From contig JAZDIN010000055.1 of NCBI GenBank assembly GCA_043804895.1, positions 1 through 20,708 on the forward strand: DNA of 20,708 nucleotides. The letters are read 5' to 3'. The first letter of the stretch is position 1, and each line of letters begins with the position of its first letter. Below the pieces are notes generated by a model, which saw only the letters and a program-made list of their open reading frames with translations, searched no databases and was not told where the DNA came from. The position numbers were made by a program, and so were the translations under genes. This document shows positions 7,057 to 15,596 of the stretch, piece by piece. Origin of the DNA: Candidatus Altiarchaeota archaeon (GTDB lineage: Archaea > Altiarchaeota > Altiarchaeia > IMC4 > SCGC-AAA252-I15).

Positions 7057-7980
7057 ATGAAAGCAACATCCTCATGCCACGGTGCAGCCACAATCATCAC
7101 AGCCTTCGCCACCGGAAAAGGCGGAGCCTACGGCATAGGCCTTGAGAACAGGACGACGGTAGAGTTGCACGGCTCCGGTGGGGTGGCGTCATTAGTCAAC
7201 GGGGAAAGCTCAGGGGTCAAACTAGCCGAGGCTGCTGTGAAAAGGACTCTAGAAAGGTTTAATGTGGAGTTCACTGGCGCGAAGGTGACGACAGAATCGG
7301 ACATTCCCCTAGCTGCAGGCCTGAAGAGCTCCAGCGTCGCAGCCAATGCGATAGTCCTCGCCACCATTGGCGCCATCGCATCAGAACGCGGCGAAATCAA
7401 ATCCCTCCGCCTCAGCAAGACCAGAAGCGAGCAGGAGATTATAATAGACGATTGTAAGGTCCAGGACGAGGAGCTAATCAACATCGGCATAGACGCGGCC
7501 TACGACGCGAAAGTCACCGTAACTGGAGCCTTAGACGACGCTAGCGCAGCCTACTTTGGGGGTTACACGCTCACCGACAACCTTAAACGTAGTATAATCT
7601 ACAGGGGCGGTATGGAGGAGACGCTGAAGGTGATGATATACCTGCCTGAGGGGAGGATAAAATCCGGTGAAATAGACCCTCAGAAGGTGAAGCCGTTCGC
7701 AAAAGACATCGACCTACTCTGGGAAAGCGCGAGGGCTGGGAGGATATGCTCTGCGATAACTCTCAACGGCCTAATACACTCCCTCGCATTCAAGCAGAGT
7801 CCCGAACCTGCAATCAAAGCCCTTGAAGCTGGGGCAATAGCAGCCGGCCTCTCAGGAACCGGCCCCGCAGTCGTAGCCTTGACAAGAGACGACGGAAAGG
7901 CGGTACGGGAGGCTTGGAGCTACCTTGAAGGGGGGATAATCGAAACCACCATAAACAACGGGAAGGCCATGATACTATGA
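7057..7980 (+). CDS. aroK: Archaeal shikimate kinase (GHMP kinase family)
   Basis: GAATIITAFATGKGGA start, SDIPLAAGLKSSS ATP loop, TVTGALDDA, and AGLSGTGPA. Confidence 0.93.
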   Translation: MKATSSCHGAATIITAFATGKGGAYGIGLENRTTVELHGSGGVASLVNGESSGVKLAEAAVKRTLERFNVEFTGAKVTTESDIPLAAGLKSSSVAANAIVLATIGAIASERGEIKSLRLSKTRSEQEIIIDDCKVQDEELINIGIDAAYDAKVTVTGALDDASAAYFGGYTLTDNLKRSIIYRGGMEETLKVMIYLPEGRIKSGEIDPQKVKPFAKDIDLLWESARAGRICSAITLNGLIHSLAFKQSPEPAIKALEAGAIAAGLSGTGPAVVALTRDDGKAVREAWSYLEGGIIETTINNGKAMIL

Positions 7981-8396
7981 CAGTCATAACCAAGGAGCTG
8001 AGGATTAACACTAAGGGGGACGGGGGTATGACAGATATAACTGGGGGCGTACAAATGCTCGTCACGGAATCCAAGCTGAAAAATGGGATTGCCGTAGTAT
8101 TCTGCCCGGGCAGCACTGGGGCCTTATCCACAGTAGAATACGAGCCAGGCCTGCTCAAGGACGTGCCAGCCGCACTCGAGAGGATGGTCCCTAAAGGCCA
8201 ACACTACAACCACCACGGAACATGGGGCGACGACAACGGCCCAGGGCATGTGAAAGCCACAATCCTCGGCCCAGACCTCACAATCCCGTTCACAAACGGC
8301 AGACTAACACTCGGCCAATGGCAGCAGATAACCTTCATAGAATGCGACACCAAAGACAGGGAACGGAAACTAGTAGTCCAGATAATCGGTGAATAG
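7977..8396 (+). CDS. yjbQ: YjbQ/UPF0047 family protein (secondary thiamine-phosphate synthase)
   Basis: DIT, GSTGAL-x-x-x-E-Y-E, Y-x-H, N-G-x-x-H-V-K-A and LGQWQ motifs. ATGA overlap with aroK. Confidence 0.92.
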   Translation: MTVITKELRINTKGDGGMTDITGGVQMLVTESKLKNGIAVVFCPGSTGALSTVEYEPGLLKDVPAALERMVPKGQHYNHHGTWGDDNGPGHVKATILGPDLTIPFTNGRLTLGQWQQITFIECDTKDRERKLVVQIIGE

Positions 8397-8438
8397 TTAT
8401 ATACTTAGACTGGTCTGATTATCTATCATACAGAAAAA

Positions 8439-9251
8439 ATGACACCCCAAAGTATAGACGACGGTTTTGACGAGGCAAAAATCAGGCCCTACATTGGCCC
8501 TGACCCCCAAAAAAGAAATAGAGACTTATTGAAGAGTATTAGGGAGATGCATAATGCACCATATTACTTAGGGGAACACTCCATCAACCGCGGTTTAGAG
8601 ACCAAACCCTACCCACTGGTCTATGACATCATCGATACGCGAATGGAGGAGATGTCTGGCAAGCAGTCAATCCTGCTTGTTGGTGTCGGGAGGGGTTCGG
8701 CAGCCATAGACCTGATGTTACGGTACGGCGATGATGTCGATATCGTCTGCACCGGCCTGCAGGGTGAGAGAAAGATACTTCACACGCCGGAGACTCTCAG
8801 AAAGAAGTACGGCAAGATGACTGAGGATGAATCAATGAGATACTGCAAGATGCTGCAAGAGACCTTCAAAGAGGCTTCCCTAGAGGACATCAACATGGTC
8901 TTGGACAAGCGTAAGTTCGATGTTGTCGTAATCACCCGCGGGGTGATGCAGTATGTGAAGGACCCGATTGCAGCGATAAACAAGGTGAAACGCATGCTCC
9001 ACCCAGGGGGTGAAGGCGTGACTGAGCTGAATTCGGTTGCTATCGAGGGTGAGGACAAACTCCCAACGGACAGGGCCATGAGCGATGGTGTAATGGGATA
9101 CCTAACCAAAGTAGGTCACGGATTCATTACCCTTGACAATCACAGCTTGTATTTCAGAAACGTTGACGACTTTCTACTCCCCCTAACGATGATAGGCCAG
9201 ACAGTTCTTGAACCTAGAGACTACAGGATATACCAGCTAAAGCAGCCTTAA
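8439..9251 (+). CDS. Class I SAM-dependent methyltransferase-like protein
   Basis: Motif I-like ILLVGVGRG, FDVVV, Y-V-K-D-P and L-H-P-G-G segments. Substrate unknown. Confidence 0.65.
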   Translation: MTPQSIDDGFDEAKIRPYIGPDPQKRNRDLLKSIREMHNAPYYLGEHSINRGLETKPYPLVYDIIDTRMEEMSGKQSILLVGVGRGSAAIDLMLRYGDDVDIVCTGLQGERKILHTPETLRKKYGKMTEDESMRYCKMLQETFKEASLEDINMVLDKRKFDVVVITRGVMQYVKDPIAAINKVKRMLHPGGEGVTELNSVAIEGEDKLPTDRAMSDGVMGYLTKVGHGFITLDNHSLYFRNVDDFLLPLTMIGQTVLEPRDYRIYQLKQP

Positions 9252-9717
9252 CCGATTCTTCAGCCTTCACTTTGACTACTCTCTTAACCCTCTCGTCGTC
9301 CGGGAACGCCTCCTTGACTTTGTCGGCGACGCCGCCGGAGCCTTCGACCACCACGACCGGTTTTCCGAAGTTCAAGGCCATTCCAATCTCAGACAGGGTT
9401 CCTGTAGAGCCGTTGACTGCTATCACAGCGTCGGCTGATGAGACTACGATACTGTTTCTGGCGTAGCCGAGGCCAGTGGTGACAGCCACGTCAACGTGCT
9501 TGTTAGCCTCGCTTACATCCAACGAAGGTAGTATCCCAACGGTCAGTCCGCCGGCATTCTTTGCTCCGCGGCATGCGGCCTCCATGACTCCTCCGCGTCC
9601 TCCGCATAAAAGGATACAGTCCGCCTTTGCGATGTCTTCGCCGACTCTCTCAGCCATCGACTCAACTTCCTTTGACAGTTTGTCGTCCAATCCTATGACT
9701 GCAATCCTCTTCTTCAC
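9214..9717 (-). CDS. TIGR00725/LOG-family Rossmann-fold nucleotide-binding protein
   Basis: CGGRGGVMEAACRGA, VGILP, TGLGYARN and GTLSEI motifs. Confidence 0.9.
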   Translation of the reverse strand: MKKRIAVIGLDDKLSKEVESMAERVGEDIAKADCILLCGGRGGVMEAACRGAKNAGGLTVGILPSLDVSEANKHVDVAVTTGLGYARNSIVVSSADAVIAVNGSTGTLSEIGMALNFGKPVVVVEGSGGVADKVKEAFPDDERVKRVVKVKAEESVKAALAGISCSL

Positions 9718-10586
9718 TTCCTCATCCTCCCTATCGCCTTGTCGCTTCTTTCCATCGCGCCTTTTATGTCGCCGAAATGGATTGCTGCCTCACTCATCAT
9801 GGAAACGAAATCCGACCCCCTCCCCTCCTCAATCGCATCACTCAACTTCCTAACAGCATTCCCGTAGGCCTTATGGACTTTGGTCACGCTCCTATTGTGT
9901 AACTGGATGCCTGCGTATAGTTCCGGGTCTTGGCCGATTATCCTACCCACCATGTCCAACATAAGCTGGTAGATGGGGCTTGAGAATTTCCTTGACTTTT
10001 CCACATCAAAGTTCAAGTCCTTAATGGTCTTCCCGACGCTGATGTAAGCAAGGTGCGTCATACCCTGTACTACTGCCATCACCTCGTCATGCTCCTTCGG
10101 AGTAGACTCCACGACGCTGACGCCATTCCTCCTGAACATCGCCTTCAACCTTCCACTCCACTTCCCCTTTCGCACCGGCGTTAAGACTATCGTCTGGCCG
10201 CTGATGCTGCCGACCCGCGGGCTGAACACAGGATGGGTGCCCAATACCTCAACACCCGCTCTAGCGTGCTTCGCCATCAGCTCGCAAGGCAACTCCTTCA
10301 CTGAAGTCAAGTCCATCAATAGTGCGCCAGCTTTCACATGCGGTGCGATCTCCCTTATGACCTCGGCGGTGACGGCTATCGGCACCGTTATGACGACGAC
10401 GTCCGCGTCCTTGACAGCCGCGACATTATCCTTCGCATACCTGACTTTAAGTTCACGAGCCACCCTCCTACCCCTCCTCTCATCCGGCCCGCTAATAGTA
10501 ACAGCGTAACCCTCATCCTTGAAGAGCCTGGCGAAAAGCCGCCCCATACTTCCTTCCCCGCCGATTAAAGCCACCCTAAAAGCCAT
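9714..10586 (-). CDS. tyrA: Prephenate dehydrogenase
   Basis: IGGEGSMG NAD-binding loop, DLTSVK, HPVF-x-P, EHDEVMAVVQGMTH. ATG at 10586 preferred over the track's TTG at 10601. Confidence 0.92.
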   Translation of the reverse strand: MAFRVALIGGEGSMGRLFARLFKDEGYAVTISGPDERRGRRVARELKVRYAKDNVAAVKDADVVVITVPIAVTAEVIREIAPHVKAGALLMDLTSVKELPCELMAKHARAGVEVLGTHPVFSPRVGSISGQTIVLTPVRKGKWSGRLKAMFRRNGVSVVESTPKEHDEVMAVVQGMTHLAYISVGKTIKDLNFDVEKSRKFSSPIYQLMLDMVGRIIGQDPELYAGIQLHNRSVTKVHKAYGNAVRKLSDAIEEGRGSDFVSMMSEAAIHFGDIKGAMERSDKAIGRMRK

Positions 10587-10625
10587 CCTTATAATATTCA
10601 ATATTCAATATATTAGCGGGTTTCT

Positions 10626-12185
10626 ATGGATTACGACGACTATGGCGAGTTAAGCCTTGAACATGAGTACCATAACCTCGCCAACGACTACTATAAGATT
10701 GGGGAGTTCGACAAGGCCATAGAGCACTATAACAAGGCTCTTGAGTTGAGGCCTGACCTCCTTGAGACTTATTTCAACCGCGGCCTCGCATACACCAGGA
10801 AGGGTTTGTATGACAAGGCTATGGAGGATTTGAACAAGGTCATCGAGTTGAACCCTAACCTCGCTGAAGCGTATTACACCCGCGGCCTAATCCATGAGTA
10901 CAAGCTAGAATACGACCTCGCTGTCCTCGACTACAACAAAGCCTTGCAGGTTGACCCGAAATACACCAAAGCCGACACCCAAAGGCAGGTGGCGTTGAAC
11001 AAGAAGGCAGGCCTCGCAGCAGGAGGAGGCGGAGGTGGCCCCATGACCTCAGGCGCCCCAGGTGGCGGCGGGAAGGAAGGAGAAGGCCTGACGAAGTTCC
11101 AGGTGATGGAGAAGCCTAAGATGAGATTCAAGGACGTCGCAGGCCTTGAGAAGGTGAAGAACAAGATTTATGAGTATGTTGTGTTCCCGATAACCAAACC
11201 TGAGCTTGCGAAAAAATACGGTAAAGAGGCTGGAGGCGGCGTAATAATGTACGGCCCGCCAGGCTGCGGTAAGACTTACATCGCGAAGGCTGCTGCTGGC
11301 GAGGGTGCGGCTGCGTTCATCAGCGTGAAGATGAGCGACATAGTGGACATGTACGCAGGCAACACTGAGAAGAACCTCCACAACGCGTTCGAGACTGCGA
11401 GGAAGCATTCGCCGTGCATACTCTTCTTCGACGAGATTGACGGTATCGCCGGGAAGCGTGAGGGCATGGACCAGAGCTTCGAGAAGCGTGCCATAAACCA
11501 GTTCCTCCTGGAGATGGACGGAGCGGAGTACACGAATGAGGGGGTGCTGGCGATAGGCGCCACCAACGCTCCATGGGACATAGACGCGGCATTAAGACGT
11601 TCGGGCAGGTTCAGCAAGGTCATCTACATCGGAGAGCCTGACAAGAATATGAGGAGGGCAGTGCTTAAGATTCACCTGAAGAACAGGCCGTACAGCAGGG
11701 GCCTGCCGATTGGGAGGCTTGCGAGGATGACTGAGGGATACTCTCCCGCAGACTTGGCGCAGCTTGTCGAGGCAGCTGCGTCAATACCATGGCTTGAAGC
11801 CTACAACACTGGCAAAGAAAGGGTCATCACGTTCAAAGACTTCCTTAAGGCTACGTCAGGCGAAGACGCGGTAACTCCCTCACTACCGGCTTGGTATGGG
11901 GGCGTGAAGAAGAAGCTCATCGAGGAGGAAGAGGAGGACGACCAATACAAGAAGGGCTTCCTCCACGGGATACTCATGGAGGTGGTATCCCTAGAGAGTG
12001 CTGAAGGGCAGCAGCAGGGCGGGAAACAGCAGACTGTGAAACACAAGAAGGAGAATGAGAAGCTCCTTGAGGAAGAGGAGAGGCGCCTGTTCAACGCGCT
12101 CATAAGGGATATCGAGAAGAGGACTGACGGCACTTATCTGCTTCTTAAGAAGATTCGGACCATTTTCGCAAGGTATGTGATGTGA
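10626..12185 (+). CDS. TPR-repeat AAA+ ATPase (classical AAA clade, Vps4/Cdc48-like module)
   Basis: Three TPR repeats, a Gly-rich linker, Walker A GPPGCGKT, pore loop DMYAG, Walker B ILFFDEID, SRH ATNAPWDIDAALRRSGRF, and an acidic/Gln-rich C-terminal tail. Confidence 0.9.
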   Translation: MDYDDYGELSLEHEYHNLANDYYKIGEFDKAIEHYNKALELRPDLLETYFNRGLAYTRKGLYDKAMEDLNKVIELNPNLAEAYYTRGLIHEYKLEYDLAVLDYNKALQVDPKYTKADTQRQVALNKKAGLAAGGGGGGPMTSGAPGGGGKEGEGLTKFQVMEKPKMRFKDVAGLEKVKNKIYEYVVFPITKPELAKKYGKEAGGGVIMYGPPGCGKTYIAKAAAGEGAAAFISVKMSDIVDMYAGNTEKNLHNAFETARKHSPCILFFDEIDGIAGKREGMDQSFEKRAINQFLLEMDGAEYTNEGVLAIGATNAPWDIDAALRRSGRFSKVIYIGEPDKNMRRAVLKIHLKNRPYSRGLPIGRLARMTEGYSPADLAQLVEAAASIPWLEAYNTGKERVITFKDFLKATSGEDAVTPSLPAWYGGVKKKLIEEEEEDDQYKKGFLHGILMEVVSLESAEGQQQGGKQQTVKHKKENEKLLEEEERRLFNALIRDIEKRTDGTYLLLKKIRTIFARYVM

Positions 12186-12868
12186 CGATGAGGAGTATAC
12201 CCCCTATATACGAGAACAAAAATCCCGAACCTATAAACTACAGCTTCTCTGAGAGATTCTGGGGAGTTCTCAAGTTCCAGATTTTCGTCCTACAGGACGT
12301 CGCGGAATGCAAACCTTGGCTGCAGATAGCGACTATAATAGTCGTGTCGGTATTGTTACAGAGCATTCTTGGCATGGGGGCCAAGATATTGATGTCTATG
12401 CCATTGATTGGCCCCGACATCTCAGACTACTACGGGGTGATACTAATCGGTTTTTTAACGGGCACATCATTGAGCCTGATATTTGCGGCGGTAACAGTAG
12501 TTTTCAGCGGACTCGTAAACCACCTGTTCATTAAAGTTTTTGGGGGTGGGGGCAGTTACAAAGAGACACTTTCATTGTACGGCTACATCCAACTTTGGGT
12601 GATACCGCAGACTATACTGGTAACGCCTCTCACAGTACTTGGGATACGATACGCCCCTGAGGCGGTCGTAATCGTTGTAAGTTTCATAATCCTCGCAGAG
12701 ATGGCGCTTGCGGTTAGTAAAGTCCACAAGATAAGCATAGTCAGGGCTTTTGTGGCCGTATTCGCCTCCACACTGCTCATAGGCGCTGTGATGGTATGGG
12801 CTGCAAATCTAGCATCCCAAATGCTAGGGGAAGAAGCGGTTTTAAAATTTTCCAAAACTATGTTGTGA
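12182..12868 (+). CDS. Yip1-domain-like multi-pass membrane protein
   Basis: About five TM helices, K-V-F-G-G-G-G-S-Y-K-E-T-L and A-V-S-K-V-H-K-I-S-x-x-R-A patterns typical of prokaryotic Yip1 proteins. GTG start overlaps the AAA stop; alternative ATG at 12188. Confidence 0.7.
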   Translation: MTMRSIPPIYENKNPEPINYSFSERFWGVLKFQIFVLQDVAECKPWLQIATIIVVSVLLQSILGMGAKILMSMPLIGPDISDYYGVILIGFLTGTSLSLIFAAVTVVFSGLVNHLFIKVFGGGGSYKETLSLYGYIQLWVIPQTILVTPLTVLGIRYAPEAVVIVVSFIILAEMALAVSKVHKISIVRAFVAVFASTLLIGAVMVWAANLASQMLGEEAVLKFSKTML

Positions 12869-12873
12869 TCGAC

Positions 12874-15522
12874 CTACTTCTTTTTCCCCCTTTTAGCCAT
12901 CAAGTCTTTGACTTGTGCCTGTGCTGCCGCGAGCCGCGCTATCGGGACCCTGTATGGGCTGCAGCTGACGTAGTTCATGCCTACTTTGTGGCAGAATTCC
13001 ACAGATGCCGGGTCTCCGCCGTGTTCGCCGCATATGCCGACTTTTAGGTCCTTCCTTGCTGCTCTCCCGCGTTGGACTCCCATCTCAACCAGCTGTCCTA
13101 CGCCAGTCTGGTCCAGAACTTGGAATGGGTCCTTCTCCAAGAGGCCCTTTTCCACATAGTATGGTATGAACTTCCCGACGTCGTCCCTTGAGAGGCCGAA
13201 CGTCATCTGGGTGAGGTCGTTTGTGCCGAAACTGAAGAACTCAGCTTCCTTGGCTATCTTGTCAGCAGTCAATGCCGCGCGGGGTATCTCTATCATAGTC
13301 CCCACCTTGTATTCAACCTTCACCTTATGCTTTGCCATGACCTCCTTCGCTATGTCAACGACTATCCTCTTGAGCATAATCAGCTCGCTCACGTCGGCTA
13401 CGAGCGGAATCATGACTTCAGGCTTGACTTTCACACCCCTCCTCTTCACAGCGACCGCTGCTTCGAATATCGCCCTAGACTGCATCTCGCAAATCTCTGG
13501 GAACGTTACCGCAAGACGGCACCCGCGGTGTCCGAGCATCGGATTCAGCTCATGGAGGCTCCTAATCTTCGCCTCAAGCTTCTCAAGGGGGACGTGCATC
13601 TCCTCAGACAATGCTTTAATGTCCTTTTCCGCTGTTGGCAGGAACTCGTGCAACGGCGGATCCAAAAGCCTTATCGTAACAGGCAAGCCGTCCATTGCCT
13701 TGAATATGCCCTCAAAGTCTCCCTGCTGCATCGGCAGGAGCTTGTTAAGGGCCACCTTACGGCCCTCCAGCTCCTCTGCAAGTATCATCTGCCTGACAGC
13801 CTTTATCCTGTCAGCTTCGAAGAACATGTGCTCTGTCCTACACAAGCCGATTCCTTCAGCGCCGAACTCGCGCGCGACCTTCGAATCCTTCGGCGTGTCC
13901 GCGTTCGTCCTAACACCAAGCTTCCTGAGGCTATCTGCCCACTGCATGAACACCTTGAATTCGCCGCTTATTGCAGGCTCGACAAGTTTCGCCTCACCTA
14001 GTATGACATCGCCTGTGCTCCCGTTCAATGATATCACTTCCCCCTCCTTGACGACGATGCTGCCGACGCTGAACTTCTTAGCCTTGTCGTCGACTTGTAT
14101 TGACTCGCATCCTGCGACGCAGCATTTGCCCATGCCCCTTGCAACGACAGCCGCGTGGGATGTCATCCCGCCCTTCGCAGTCAGGATGCCCTTTGCGATG
14201 TTCATACCCTCGATGTCCTCAGGGCTAGTCTCACTGCGGACGAGTATGACGTTCTCGTCGCGTGTGTGGAACCACTCAACAGCATCCTCAGCTGAGAAGA
14301 CGACCTTGCCCACAGCCGCACCCGGCGAGGCAGGCAACCCCTTCGCTATCACGTTCACCTTAGCTGTGGTGTCAATCTGCTTGTGGAGGAGGTGGTTGAG
14401 CTGTTCAGGCGGGACCCGAAGTATCGCCTCCTCCTTCGATATCAACTTCTCACTGACCATGTCCACAGCTATCTTAACAGCAGCGTGCGCGGTCCTCTTC
14501 CCGTTCCTCGTCTGGAGCATGTAAAACTTACCCTCCTCTATAGTAAACTCGAAGTCCTGCATCTCGCGGTAATGTTTTTCAAGCTTCTCATACGCTGCAA
14601 GAAGCTCATTGTAAGCCTGCGGTACTACGTCTTCAAGGCTTTCAACAGGCTGTGGGGTCCTTATTCCTGCAACGACATCCTCTCCTTGGGCGTTGATGAG
14701 GCATTCACCGTAATGTTCCTTCACTCCTGTGGCCGGGTTTCTTGTGAACCCCACACCCGTCCCTGAAGTGTCCCCCATGTTCCCGAACACCATCATCTGG
14801 ACGTTGACTGCAGTACCCCAATGGTTGGGGATGCCGTTTATCCTCCTGTATGCGATAGCGCGCTTCCCATCCCATGACCTGAAGACAGCGTTAATAGACA
14901 TCTCCAACTGTCTCATTGGCTCCTGCGGGAACGACGTGCCAGCGTGCTTCCTCACAACACCTTCATAACGCTTCGCCAATTCCTTCAAATCCTCAACGTT
15001 CAAGTCAGTGTCAAGCCTCGCACCCCTCGCCTTCTTGACCTCATCCATCTCATGCTCGAAATGTTCATGGCTGACGCCCATGACGACGTCTCCGAACATG
15101 TTGATGAACCTCCTATACGAGTCGTACGCCATCCTCTCATTACCTGTCCTCTTCCCAAGGCCTGTTACGGTCTTGTCGTTCAAACCGAGGTTCAACACAG
15201 TATCCATCATCCCAGGCATCGAAGCCCTCGCACCTGAGCGGACGGAGACTAAGAGCGGATTATCCACAGAACCGAACTTCTTACCAGTCACCTTCTCAAG
15301 GTGCTTTAGGTTGGACTCAATCTCCCTCTCCAGTCCCTTAGGCCATTTCTTGTTTTTTGAGTAGTATATGCAGGCTTCAGTGGTTATCGTGAACCCAGGC
15401 GGCACCGGCAGCTTAGCATTGGTCATGTCAGCCAGATTAGCTCCCTTACCCCCTAAGAGGTCCTTCATCTCCCTTCTGCCTTCAGCCTTCCCTGATCCGA
15501 AAAAATAAACCAATTTAACCAT
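12874..15522 (-). CDS. ppdK: Pyruvate, phosphate dikinase
   Basis: LLGGKGANL, SVRSGARASMPGMMDT, phospho-His motif GGMTSHAAVVARG, EFFSFGTNDLTQ, catalytic Cys GICGEHGG; 882 aa. Confidence 0.98.
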   Translation of the reverse strand: MVKLVYFFGSGKAEGRREMKDLLGGKGANLADMTNAKLPVPPGFTITTEACIYYSKNKKWPKGLEREIESNLKHLEKVTGKKFGSVDNPLLVSVRSGARASMPGMMDTVLNLGLNDKTVTGLGKRTGNERMAYDSYRRFINMFGDVVMGVSHEHFEHEMDEVKKARGARLDTDLNVEDLKELAKRYEGVVRKHAGTSFPQEPMRQLEMSINAVFRSWDGKRAIAYRRINGIPNHWGTAVNVQMMVFGNMGDTSGTGVGFTRNPATGVKEHYGECLINAQGEDVVAGIRTPQPVESLEDVVPQAYNELLAAYEKLEKHYREMQDFEFTIEEGKFYMLQTRNGKRTAHAAVKIAVDMVSEKLISKEEAILRVPPEQLNHLLHKQIDTTAKVNVIAKGLPASPGAAVGKVVFSAEDAVEWFHTRDENVILVRSETSPEDIEGMNIAKGILTAKGGMTSHAAVVARGMGKCCVAGCESIQVDDKAKKFSVGSIVVKEGEVISLNGSTGDVILGEAKLVEPAISGEFKVFMQWADSLRKLGVRTNADTPKDSKVAREFGAEGIGLCRTEHMFFEADRIKAVRQMILAEELEGRKVALNKLLPMQQGDFEGIFKAMDGLPVTIRLLDPPLHEFLPTAEKDIKALSEEMHVPLEKLEAKIRSLHELNPMLGHRGCRLAVTFPEICEMQSRAIFEAAVAVKRRGVKVKPEVMIPLVADVSELIMLKRIVVDIAKEVMAKHKVKVEYKVGTMIEIPRAALTADKIAKEAEFFSFGTNDLTQMTFGLSRDDVGKFIPYYVEKGLLEKDPFQVLDQTGVGQLVEMGVQRGRAARKDLKVGICGEHGGDPASVEFCHKVGMNYVSCSPYRVPIARLAAAQAQVKDLMAKRGKKK

Positions 15523-15596
15523 TTTACATTACCTGTGAACATCCGCATTGAAGCGAGTTCCCTTAATTAAGAAGGACGACTTAAAAATACCCAAAG
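15523..15596. promoter_or_regulatory. Divergent ppdK/pyk promoter region with crossed TATA-like boxes
   Basis: Palindromic CTTAATTAAG at 15562-15571, about 26 nt before the pyk ATG. Minus-strand TTTTTAAG at 15580-15587. Minus-strand AGGT SD-like site upstream of the ppdK ATG. Confidence 0.5.

Noticed and set aside
11920-12085. GAG/CAG-rich runs in the AAA gene
   Set aside because: They encode poly-Glu and poly-Gln low-complexity protein with mixed codons, so they are not a DNA repeat element.
13166-14524. 452-aa plus-strand ORF and other ORFs inside ppdK
   Set aside because: Antisense shadows of a highly conserved gene; Ser/Thr/Pro-rich translations with no motifs.
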